Assembly: GCA_047967505.1 (NCBI GenBank)
Contig: CM106538.1
DNA length: 64,000 nt
From: Dipteris shenzhenensis
Taxonomy: Eukaryota
Direction: 5' to 3' (one strand)
Part shown: piece after piece, positions 51,921 to 63,238 of the stretch
Layout of the letters: every line of letters starts with the position of its first letter
How positions within the stretch are numbered: the stretch's first letter is position 1
Translations under genes and position numbers: made by a program
Notes under the pieces: generated by a model
Database searches by the model: none
Told to the model about the DNA's origin: nothing
What the model saw: only the letters and a program-made list of their open reading frames with translations

Positions 51921-52775
51921 TGCAGCTAGCGCTTAAGGCGCTAGCTGCAGGCCAATGCAAATAACAAAAATAATAAATGGAAAAAAGAGGAAGCACTTAC
52001 CTGAAATAGTATGTCCCACTCGGTGTAGTGGACTGGCCCTACAAAAGAGAGAAAACAACCCATTTTTTCAAATAAGATGTTAGTGGAAGGAGGAGATTAC
52101 AAAAGCAACTTCTTGAAGGGAGGACATTGAGGAGACAAGGAAAGGAGGAGATTGAGGAGACAAGGAGAAAGAGAAGGAAGAGAAATACACAAAAAAGAGG
52201 TGAGTTTTCTTTCTTTCTTGAAATCTCGTTTTTTGTTTCAATCCTTTCAAAACAAGCATGAAAACTAGTTTACAGGTTTAGCAAACACTCACAAAACTAA
52301 AGCTAACAAACAAACAACCTACATTGTTGAAACAAACTCACCTCTTGAAGAACTTTCTTTCAAGAAACCAAAGAGGGAAAAGGATAGAGAGGGAGTACAA
52401 GAGGTAGGAGAAGGGTGAGGAGTGGAAAATAGAGTGGGAGGTTGCTTGGAATAGGTTGGAGGTCATCGAAAATAGGTGGGAGGAGATTTTGGGTTGCTTA
52501 CTTGAGAGATTAGGGAATGGAATCAGCAAAACGCCGCGCGTTTCGACGTTTTGGGTTTTAATCCACAGCGTCAATATATAGCGATGTTAATCCGTAATAT
52601 AGCGACGTTTTTAATTAAAAACGTCGCTATATAGCGACGGAACAGAGGAAAGCCTCGCTATATAGCGACGCTTACTGTCATTTTTTTGATGTGGCATCAA
52701 GAGAATCTCAAACATGCTTTTTTATAATTGTCAATATGTCCTCTTCATGCTTATGTTGTGATTTTATAAGTGTAG

Positions 52776-53565
52776 ATGGAAGGGACGAGTGGAAGCTCGT
52801 CCGATGATGCGCCAACACCCGAGAGCACGAAGTGGCTTATGGAAAGGTTATACTGTCATTGCACTCATTGCAAGCGAGAAGTACGACATCAACGTCGTAT
52901 TATCATGCGCCACTTGCGGATGTATGGGGAGGAACCGGAACCAGTATACCCCGTTGGTGTTGCACATGTTGATGGCTCATCGGTAAGTCAAAGCTATTTA
53001 AGTTCGCAATCTTATTGTATACCAGGAAATGGAAGATCTTATATTTACACGAAATCTAAAAACAGGATGAGGAGGGTGACGAGGGTACACATATACCTTC
53101 TCACTTTCAGTAAGATCTTTCAGTAAGACTATAGTCTCTCGGATGACGACGAGGGTATGGTCGACATGATGGATTCCATTTTTAGGGGCAGTACATCCCA
53201 CGTACATGTGATGTCAGAGTCTGAGGTCAAAATATGAGAGTTGCAATCAACACAATTTGTACGAGGGTGCTAGGATGCCTAAACTACGTCCTTGTCTCTC
53301 AATCTTGAATCTACAAGTACAATATGGGTGGTCAGATACAAGTGTCTCGGCCTTAATGAGGTTAGCCCTTGCATTAATTTGACTCATTATTTGTATATTG
53401 TTTGTTTTGAGAATCATCATTTGGATATTTTGTTTGTCATAGGTTGCTCCAGAAGATGTTGCCTACACCAAATACCATGCCCGCATCAAGAGATGAAGCA
53501 AAAAAGATGCTAACAACGGTGGGTATGGATTATGATACCATCCGTGCTTGCCGTAATGATTGTAT
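52776..53565 (+). pseudogene. CACTA transposase, 5' exons only
   Basis: KWLMERLYCHCTHC..HLRMYGE and KMLPTPNTMPASRDEAKKMLTTVGMDYDTIRACRNDC align with the start of the 31843 transposase; homology ends abruptly at ~53565. Confidence 0.85.
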
Positions 53566-53890
53566 AACACTTATTTCATTAATTTTGGACTTGTCAATGT
53601 ACAAATTCATTTTTACATATACTTTTGGACTAGTTTTCAGATAAAATTTAAGAAAAACCCAATCTTCAAAGCACATATAGAAACATAAAAACAAGCATTT
53701 TTTTATATTTTTTTTTAAGGACATGAAACTAAAATTATAAAATTTAACGCAGCCTAGATAAGTTACATGAAAAAATAAGAATCGGTTGTTGTAAACTCTC
53801 TTAATATTTAATGGTGTTAATAAACACCTTCAAAAGTTAAGCCTGAGATTTTCAAGACTATAGCCATTCAATTTGATGAATTTTCTATTT

Positions 53891-54325
53891 TCAAGTCCTT
53901 AGCCTAAATTCAACCCATTCAAGAGCTGAGCTCATCTCTTCCTCATCGATGTAGTTAAAATTATAGAAGAGAAGTAAGGATTGATGAATTTTCTCCTGCA
54001 TAACACTTTGTTTATTCCAAATGGCTTGCGCTTCCTCGGGGGAAAATCTTCCATAACGAGCCACACGCGAAGATATCTCACTTTGAAAGTCTATCAACTC
54101 TCTCCTATATGACTGCAATTTATCTATTTTAGTAGTAGCCATACTTATTTTTCTTTCCTCTTCCTTCTCTAAGCCCTTCTGACAAGCAAAGTCATCCTTC
54201 TCGTACTGGGTTAATGGAGCTGGATTTTGCTTTCTCTCCTCTCTCTTTCCTTGGTTCTCGACAATCCATTCTTTGAGGTTGCTAATGGCTTGCTCGACAG
54301 AATCGATTACCTTAAAAAGATCCAT
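53891..54325 (-). CDS. Uncharacterised 144-aa ORF (charged, probably helical)
   Basis: Uninterrupted MDLFKVIDSVEQAISNLKEW..EWVEFRLRT with normal amino-acid complexity; the upstream part of the listed 276-aa ORF is repeat-derived. Confidence 0.4.
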   Translation of the reverse strand: MDLFKVIDSVEQAISNLKEWIVENQGKREERKQNPAPLTQYEKDDFACQKGLEKEEERKISMATTKIDKLQSYRRELIDFQSEISSRVARYGRFSPEEAQAIWNKQSVMQEKIHQSLLLFYNFNYIDEEEMSSALEWVEFRLRT

Positions 54326-54334
54326 AATGGCTGC

Positions 54335-55190
54335 AAGATGAAAGGAGTATGCTTGAGAAGAGGAGGTAAGGCTGTAGGCAAGATGGAAGGAGCAAGCTTG
54401 AGGAGAGGAGTAAGGTAAGAAGAGTAAAGTGGAAGAAGTGTGGAGAGGAGTAAGGTAAGAAGAGTAAAGTGGAAGAAGTTTTTGCTGTGGGTGAGATATA
54501 AAAGACGAACGAGGTGAGGAAGGTAACGAGAGTGAGGAAAGATATAGAAGACGAACGAGGTGAGGAAGATAACGAGAGTGAGGAAGGTAACTAGAGGAGG
54601 TAAGGCAAGATGAAAGGAGTATGCTTGAGAAGAGGAGGCAAGGCTGCGGGCAAGATGGAAGGAGCAAGCTTGAGGAGAGGAAGGAGCAAGCTTGAGGAGA
54701 GGAGTAAGGTAAGAAGAGCAAAGTGGAAGAAGTCTCTACTGCGGGTGAGATATAGAAGATGAACGACTACTAGGGAATTTATAGAACTACAGATGCAAGA
54801 CCGTAATGCGAGATGACTAGATGCAAGACCGTAATGCGAGACATTATAAAATAAAATGATGGGATGCAAGACCATAATGGGAGACATTTGAGACATGTAA
54901 GATAGTGATAGTACATTGAAATCTATAAAATAAAATGATGGAACACAAGAATGATATAATTAATAGAATCTCATCATGAGATATTCTTTTAATATAATAT
55001 AAGTTAGTCATTATTAGAATCTCATCATGAGATATTCTTTTAATATAATATAAGTTAGACTTGCTGTACATAATAAATGATAGATTTTGAGTACATTGAA
55101 ATCTATAAAATAAAGTGATGGAACATAAGAATGATATAATTATTAGATTCTCATCATAAGATATTTATTGTACATAATAAATTAGACTTT
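54335..55190. repeat. Short local tandem duplications (purine-rich units; AT-rich AGAATCTCATCATGAGATATT units)
   Basis: e.g. GGAGAGGAGTAAGGTAAGAAGAG x3, AGATGCAAGACCGTAATGCGAGA x2. Confidence 0.8.
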
Positions 55191-55339
55191 CAAAAAAGTA
55201 AAACCTAATGTATTGTAATGAATAAATATCATAAAATATCCTAATGTATTGCAACATTTAACATAAGTTTTAAAAACACTATCATTAATCAATACAAACA
55301 AGATAAAAATCTTCAAGGACTCATGTTTCTTTCTACATG

Positions 55340-57740
55340 TTTTACAACTGAATAGAGTCTGATGAGTCCTCTTGAGGCTGTGATTCTCTAAGAGTACATT
55401 GAGTCTCTACTTGTGTGGATGGTGTACACTAAGATTCTACTTCTGGTGCAATCGGGATAGACTTAATCTCTTCCTCCTTTACAAGATGTGATGTTGTAGA
55501 TGCACATTGAGTTTCCACTTCTTGTGTAGGAAGAATGCATTGAGTCTCTAATTCAAGTGTAGACTGTAATGCTTCTACTTGAGGCTGTGATATAGAAAGA
55601 GACTGAATTGTCTCTTCTTTTTCTTTGGCTCCCTCAGGTTCTTCATTGAGTCCATCATGTTGTTTCCCAATGATAGCAGCTAGATAGTGAACAGTCTTAG
55701 CCACAAAATCTTGTAGCTCGAGCTTGGTATATGCTTCTATGGAGACATGTTCAAAAATTTCATTGAGATACAACATGAAGTTGTAGGCAATTCTCCACCC
55801 ACTACTAAACATGTCTTTCTGCTCCACTGCGAGGCGTGTCTGGAAATTTGGTTGGTCTTGTGCTCCCTGATTTTCATAATCGCAGAAACTAACTTGTTTG
55901 CAGACCTGTCCATCATGACATATGACAAAGTGAATTTGTGTAGTAAATAGTAAGATGCATGTTCATAATGATATGATAAAAGAACACTTACCTGAACACC
56001 CCGTGAAAGCCTGTAATTGAGTTAACAAACCAACAATGGTTGTCATCAAGGTCCCATACTATCAGGCTCCAATGTGAACTACATCACCAATAAAGAGCGA
56101 TAAGATTTATCACAATATTAAGTATTAATTGACACAATATTATAAATAAGAGAGTAAAAGAAAGATTGAGACCATACTTACTTCTCATAGTATGGCATAA
56201 AGACAAGTAGTATGCCATCCAAGTCTAAAGGTTGTAGAATTGAACAAACATCATCTACTGTCTTCTTGGTATCACTAAGTACAGCTGAAAGAAGAGAATC
56301 GAGCATATAGATGCGATTCTGTACTGATCTAGGAAAATGAGATATAACCGTACTATAGCAATAAATAAACAAATGTTAGAAGCAGATTGAATCAAATGAT
56401 TGAAGTATCAAGCCAAGAGATGTTCATATCAAACCTGAGGATGGCCATCATGACTTTGTCATTAGCCTCTTTCAAAGGGTCGGAGAGGATTGTAACTTCC
56501 TCACTACCAAAAGTCCAAACACGAGGTTGCTTGCTAATGATGACCCTAACCTCAGAAGAGCTCCCCATTTCGTCCAATACAGCGGTTACATCAGGACAAC
56601 TTATGGGCATAGCAACCAATGTTTCCTCTGGATGCTCCACCATGTTATCAATAAATGCCTTAATGATAGATGACATAAATGCATATAGATGCAAGTCTGT
56701 ATATGTGGACAATGAGGTTTCACCGCCTCTCAAATTAAAAATCTGAGCAAGGAGCAAAAAGCTAGGTAGGGATTGATACTCACTCCTCGTGATATGCGGT
56801 AAAGATAACTCGCACCGCAGTCAAATCAATAGGTTGCAACCACTTAAAAACATCATCTATGGTCTTCTGCTTATTGCTAAGTACACTAGAAACAAGAGGA
56901 TTGACCATATATGCACATCTTTGTATATATAGCGGAAGCTGTTGTAAAACAATACTGCAACAAAAAGAAAAGAATATTAGTTCATTTGATCCAATGGAAA
57001 TACAAAAGCATAAAGTCAGTAAAAAGTTTGTGTCAAACCTGAGGATGGCTATTATGACCTTGTCATTGACCTCTTTCTTGAAGTTTATGAGGATTGAAAT
57101 GTCCTCTTCATTGAATATAAAAGTAAGAGGTTGTTCTCGAACTTAAAACCTAACTTGAAATGACTTCTCCATTTGCTGCAATGTATGATTATTTTCTAGA
57201 GTCATCCGACGGATAGCCAGAGCAGCTTTGCTTTCTTGAGATGAGCTTTCTATATTCTCTGCTCCAGCTATGTCCTCCTCATCCTCCTCAACTTGTTCAA
57301 ATCCCAAGACTTGACCTTCTGCTACATACTTATTTGTAAATGATAACATTTGTAAAATATCTCCCACTCTAAAATCCAAAGATATGCACTTTGTATTCCT
57401 GATGACATGTGTTGGATAAGTCTCATCTGTGTCCCATGCAATAAATGCTTTGTTGGAAGTATTATAGGGCATAACATCTCCAAGGATTTCCATATCCCCA
57501 CACTTATGCTTTAGCTCAACATGTGCACTAAGAATCCTTGATACGATAACCGCCACCTTATCTTCGCCAAGTCTTCTAAAGTGACAAATAGAATTTGGAT
57601 CACTTTCATGGATTGTAGCAAATGCAACTACTTCTCTTTTGCAACATAAAATCACCTCCATCCCCGGAATAAATTTTGTAGCCATCTCCTTTGTGAGTTT
57701 CCTTTGCAAACAAGCTGTAACAACCATTATAAAGAACATT
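55340..57740 (-). pseudogene. Multi-exon gene with a Tnp1/En-Spm-like domain plus a Ulp1 (C48)-like peptidase domain
   Basis: VAFATIHESDPNSICH..LGEDKVAVIV..LGD..FIAW (Tnp1/Transposase_23-like); RIYMLDSLL, LVFMPYY, HWSLIVWD..FVNS (exon ~56080-55992), QKDMFSSGWRI. Confidence 0.65.
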
Positions 57741-57841
57741 AGTCTCTTCTCAATAATCTACTTTATTAATGATTTAAAAATCTAGAACTTGTTTGAAAAT
57801 TTAATTAGACACTAACCAATAACAACCGTAAACCAATAACA

Positions 57842-58635
57842 ACCCTAAACCCTAAACCCTCAACCCTCAACCCTAACGAATAACAACCCTAAAGCCTAAA
57901 CCCTAAACCCTAACTCCCAAACCCTAAACCCTAAACACTAAACCCTAACCCCTAAACCCTAAACCCTAAACCCTAACCCCCAAACCCTAAACCCTAACTC
58001 CCAAACCCTAAACCCCAAACCCTAAACCCTAAACCCTAAACCCTAAACCCCAAACCCTAAACCCTAACTCCTCAACCCTAAACCCTAAGTCCCAAACCCT
58101 AAACCCTAAACCCCAAACCCTAACCCCCAAACCCTAAACCCTAACTCCCAAACCCTAAACCCTAAACCCTACCTCCTAAACCCTAAACCCTAAACCCTCA
58201 ACCCTAACCCCTAAACCCTAAACTCTAAACCCTAACTCCAAAACCCTAAACCCTTAACCCTAACCCCCAAACCCTAAACTCTAAACCCTAACCCCCAAAC
58301 CCTAAACCCTAACTCCCAAACCCTAAACCCTAAACCCTAACTCCCAAATCCTAAACCCTAAACCCTAAACCCTAAACCCAAACCCTAAACCCTAAACCTT
58401 AAACCCAAACCCCCAAACCCTAAACCCTAAACCCTAACCCCCAAACCCTAAACCCTAAACCCTAAATCCTAAACCCTAAACCCTAAATCCTAAACCCTAA
58501 CCCCCAAACCCTAAACCCTAAACCACCAAACTCTAAACCCTAACCCTCAAACCTTGAACCCTAAACCCTAAACCCTAAACCCTAACTCACCAAACCCCAA
58601 ATCCTAAACCCAAACCAAGACATCCTAAACCTTAA
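57842..58635 (-). repeat. Interstitial telomeric array (CCCTAAA)n on + strand
   Basis: ~800 bp of CCCTAAA with variants (CCCTAACTCCCAAA, CCCCAAA). Confidence 0.96.
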
Positions 58636-58720
58636 ATCCTATGAGTGTTTTCAAGTAATATCATTTATTTAAGTAATAGTTTTAATTAGAATTCATAAGT
58701 AATAGTGGAATTGATAGTTG

Positions 58721-59700
58721 GAAGGGTGGTAGTGGGAGAAAGGGAGAGTGGGAAAGTGGAGAAAGGGAGTGTGGGAGGGTGGTAGTGGGAGAAAGGGAGA
58801 GTGGGAAGGGAGTGGGAATGGGGCGGTGGGGGTGGGGGTGGGGGTGGGGGTGGGAGGATGGGAGTGGGAGTGGGAGAGGGAGTGGGAATGGGGGAGGTGG
58901 GGGTGGGGGTGGGGGTGGGAGGATGGGAGTGGGAGTGGGAGAGGGAGTGGGAATGGGGGAGGTGGGGGTGGGGGTGGGAGAATGGGAGTGGGAGTGGGAG
59001 AGGGAGTGGGAATGGGGGAGGTGGGGGTGGGGTGAGGGTGGGAGGACGGGAGTGGGAGTGGGAGGGGTGGGGAGTGGGAGTGGGAGGATGGAAGTGGGAG
59101 AGGGAGTGGGAATGGCGGAGGTGGGGGTGGAAGTGGGAGGGGTGAGATGGGAGGATGGGAGTGGGAATGGGGGAGGTGGGAGTGGAAGTGGGAGGGGTGG
59201 GGTGGGAGGATGGGGGAGGGAGTGGGAATGGGGGAGGTGGGGGGGGTGGGAAAATGGGAGTGGGAGTGGGAATGGGGGAGGTGGGGGGGTGGGAAAATGG
59301 GAGTGGGAGAGAGAGTGGGAGGATGGGAGTGGGAGGGGTGAGGTGGGAGGATAAGGGTGGGAGAATGGGAGTGGGAGTGGGAATGGGGGGGGAGGGGTGG
59401 GGGTGGGAGGATGGGAGTGGGAGTGAGAGGTGGAGCTGGGAGGATGGGAGTGGGTGGGAGAATGGGAGTGGGAGTGGGAGTGGGAATGGGGGAGGTGGGG
59501 GTGGGGTGAGGGTGGGAGTGGGAGGGGTGGGGTGGGAGGATGGGAGTGGGAGAGGGAGTGGGAATGGGGAAGGTGAAAGAATGGGCGTGGGCGTGGGAGT
59601 GAGAATGGAGGAGGTGGAGTGGGAGGATGGGGGTGGGAGTGGGAGTGGGAATGGGGTGGGAGTGGGAATGGGGTGGGAGGATGGGAGTGGGTGGGAGAGA
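58721..59700 (+). repeat. G-rich hexamer array (GGGAGT/GGGAAT/GGGGGT)
   Basis: Direct reading; dense G3+ tracts. Confidence 0.93.
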
Positions 59701-59984
59701 GAGAGAAGATAATCTAATAGAGAGGCCAATGGGAGAGGAGATAATGTTATAGAAGGACCAATAAGAGAGAAGCACTTAAAACCCTAGTTTTTCTTATATA
59801 TACTCTCCTTCTCTCATTGTTTCTCTCATTTCAACAAGGAAGAGCAAGAGGAGAAGCAAAAAGAGGAGGAAGAGCAAAAGCAAGCACAAGCAAGCACAAG
59901 CATAGATTTCAACTTTTTTCCAGGTACTTTTTTAAAAATTTGTATTCTTTGAAATTTTATTATAGAGAGAGAACTTAGAGAGAG

Positions 59985-60578
59985 AAAAGTGAAGGAAAGA
60001 TTTTTAGAGAGAGAATATAAGAGAGAGAGTCTTGCTGCCTCGGAAGCAAAAGAGAGAGAGAAAGAGAGAGGGAGAGAGAGGAGAGAAGGGGGGGGAAAGA
60101 GAGGGGAGAGAAAGGGAGGGAGGAGAGAAGGGGGAGGGGGGGGAAGAGAGGGGAGAGAGGGGGGAAGCCGCGAGGGGGGGGAGAGAGAGAGGGGAGGGGG
60201 AGGCCGCTGCCGCGGCAGCGGAGAGAGGGGGGGAGGGAGAGGAGGGGAGGGGAGAGAGAGAGGCGGCAGCGAGAGAGGAGGGAGGGGGAGAGAGAGAAGG
60301 GGGGGTGCGGCAACGAGAGAGAGGGGGAGGGAGAGAGAGAGAGGGGGGGCCGCGGCACAGCGAGAGAGGAGGAGGGGAGGGAGAGAGAGAAGGGGGGGCA
60401 GCGAGAGAAAGGGGAGGGAGGACGCTGCCACGGCAGCGGAGAGAGGGGAGGGGAGAGGGAGGGGAGGGCAGGGGAGAGAGAGAGATGGGGGGCCGCTGTC
60501 GCAGCAACGAGAGAGGAGGGGGGAGAGAGAAGGGGAGGGGCCGCGGCAGCGAGAGAGAGGGGTAGGGAGAGAGAGAGA
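59985..60578 (+). repeat. GA-rich low-complexity tract with recurring GCCGCGGCAGCG units
   Basis: Direct reading. Confidence 0.88.
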
Positions 60579-63238
60579 TGTTGAGATATCAAGCTCTACC
60601 CCCGATATATCTCCTGGATGACTATCATTTATGTCACCGCCTATGTTAGTTGTACTCGTGGTGTAGTTAGACTACCACGTATGTTTTTGGTTTGGGTTCA
60701 CATATGAACCACGTATTCTAGGTTTTGACATATAGGGTATTTCCCTCTTCTATTGTATGGTTGTTGTGTGCAAAAGTGAAGAAAGGCTTCACCCTCCAAC
60801 CTTGTGTTCTCTCTCTTTTGTGTGTTGTGAAGAAAGCTGAACTTGAGTCTCCTATCTCTCTCCCTTATTCTTTACATGGTATCAGAGCCTTGTTCGTGGT
60901 AAGGAGCTCAAGAAAGCAAGCCAAGTTTGTGGTGTCCTGGTAAGAGGACCAGTGTTGCTTTCCTATTTCGAGTTTGGGAGCAAATCTCTGCAGGTAGCAC
61001 AGCCAGAAGTGCAAGAGTGCACTGTTTCAGATTGAGAGGCCCTTCGCGGTGTGGCGAGAGCACAGTATATGCTGCGGGAGAGGGCGAAGCCCATGGTGAC
61101 TTTATTTTTTTGATTTGAGGCCGTTTCGGGGCCCGTTTTGAAGGCGCAAGTTCTTCGCAGGCACTCAGAAAAAGGCCCTGTTTCTCGCTGTGCGACCACT
61201 GTGCGGCTAGTCGGTGGAAAGGTGCCACAGAAATTGCATCGTATGCCTGTGTGCAGAGATATTGGGAGTTGCAGATTCATGCCTGTTGCCTGTTGATGCA
61301 AAATCGTCACTAGGAAGTGACTGTGTGGTGAAATACCACTTTCGTCAGTGTTGCAGATCTGCCCCTGTGAGGCTTTTTGCAGAAGTTTTGCTATTTGCCC
61401 TTGTGAGGCATTTGCTGTGTTTACAGGTTGCTGTTGCAATTCGTGATTTGTAAAATGTCTGAGAATCTGTCTACCATTGTCAATGAGAAGCTTGACAAGA
61501 ACAACTTCCAAGCATGGAAGTTCAGGATGACAAACTTCCTTATGGGAAAGGGAGTTTGGGAGTACATCAGTGGTGAAACTGCAGAACCAATGTTGGGTGC
61601 TGCTCCCACTCCTGCTGAATTGAAGGCCTTTAAAGAATGGCATGAAAAAGCCAGAAAATGCTTGTATTGGCTGTTTGTTAGCATTTCAGATTCTATGATT
61701 GTGCATATACAGGATGTAGAGACACCTAAGGAGGCATGGGATACATTGGTGAAGCTGTATAGCACAAATACCAAAGCACGAAAGATGCAGCTAAAGCAGG
61801 AGTTGCACAATGTGCAAAGGAAAAATATGAATATAAATGAGTATTCCTTGAAGGTGAAAGGCCTTGCAGATTCTCTTGCCTCCATTGGAGCACCTGTTGA
61901 TGATGAGGACTTAGTGTCCGTGACCTTGAATGGTCTTGGGAAAGATTATGCACAGTTTCGGACATCCATTGGAGTCCGTGAAACATTTCCTGATTTTCAG
62001 GAACTTATTGCTCTCTTGCTGAGTGAAGAGCAAAGGAATGGTGGTTCAGCCACCTCAACTTCTCAAGAGACTGCTTTCTACTCGAATACAGGTAGAGGCA
62101 GGGGTAGAGGAAGAGGCCGTTTTGGTGGCCGTGCAGGAAATCAGAACCAACAGCAACAACAGGAAAACCAGTCCTATGGAGGGGGACGTGGTAGTTCTAG
62201 AGGCAGGGGGAGCCAAAGAGGCCGTGGTTCATGGCAAAGGAACCAGCAAGTAAATAGCAGCACAGAATGCTATTATTGTGGAAAGCCTGGACACAAGGAG
62301 AATACATGCTATAAAAAGCAGAATGACATCAAAAGTGGGAAGTTGCAGCAAAGCAACTATGCATCATCAAGTGGGCATGGTGATGACAGAAATGAGCACC
62401 TTTTTGTGATGCAGCATATGGTTAACTCCATGTCAGGAGATGCTGCAGCTTGCAATGATGTTTGGTATGTTGATTCAGGTGCCTCTAACCACATGACCAG
62501 TCATGGTGAGTGGTTTCATGATGTTAGAAATTTGGATAAGCCAGGTTATGTTGAAACAGGTGATGATACTGCGCACCCAATTACGCAGGTTGGTAAAGTG
62601 CCATTGGCTATGCAGGATGGCAAAACGAAGTACTTGGCAGATGTACTTCATGTTCCAAAAATCACTAAGAACCTGGTTTCAGTTGGCCAATGGTTGAGCA
62701 AGGTCTGCAGGTTAGATTTAATCCTAATGGATGCTTTGTTGAGGACTTGAAAAATAAGTGCCGCTTGATTGCAAAAGGCAACAAAAATGGCAGAATGTTC
62801 ACCTTGGATGTTGATATGCCTGAGGTGAAAGCTGCTATGTTTGCGCATGGGAGAGGTGTCATTGCAGATATTGAGATATGGCACAAGCGCATTGGGCACG
62901 TGAATATACAAAGGCTGAAATCTATGCAAACGAAAAACATTGTTGCAGGTTTGCCTAAATTTAGAGTTGAGGGAGAAGTAGGACGGGCGATCTTGAATGA
63001 GAAAAACATGCCTGATTATTTTTGGGCTGAAGCAGTAGCAACTGCTGTTTATATTATGAACAGAACCCCCACTGCAGCTGTCCATGGCATGACGCCTGAA
63101 GAAATGTATACAGGCCAAAAACCAGATATTTCTCACTTGAAGGTATTTGGTTGCATAGCTTATGTTCATGTTCCCGATGAGAAGAGAACAAAGCTGGATC
63201 CAAAGGCAGAAAAATGCATCTTTATTGGATATACTCTG
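60579..63238 (+). mobile_element. Ty1/Copia (family B-related), 5' LTR plus gag-pol, interrupted at ~63238
   Basis: LTR 60579-60876 (TG..CA), PBS TGGTATCAGAGC 60877-60888, leader, gag-pol from 61455. Confidence 0.93.
61455..63238 (+). pseudogene. Copia gag-protease-integrase, frameshift ~62690 and integrase core deletion ~62975
   Basis: EKLDKNNFQAWKF, RGG-rich segment, CYYCGKPGHKENTC, WYVDSGASNHMT, WHKRIGH. LPKFRVE joins directly to GEVGRAILNEK, so the CxxC and DDE core seen in the paralogue at 990-1405 is missing. Confidence 0.92.

Larger units (their letters stand above)
42091..53565 (+). mobile_element. Second CACTA element (left end present, right TIR not found)
   Basis: CACTACAAGG terminus at 42091; GTCGCTATATAGCGAC subterminal repeats; minus-strand TnpA-like gene; plus-strand transposase 5' part at 52776-53565. 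Confidence 0.85.

Noticed and set aside
58686-60621. Long Pro/Gly/Trp/Arg-rich ORFs (347, 360, 210 aa etc.) resembling extensins
   Set aside because: They are open in several frames on both strands because the G-rich and GA-rich repeats lack stop codons; not evidence of a gene.
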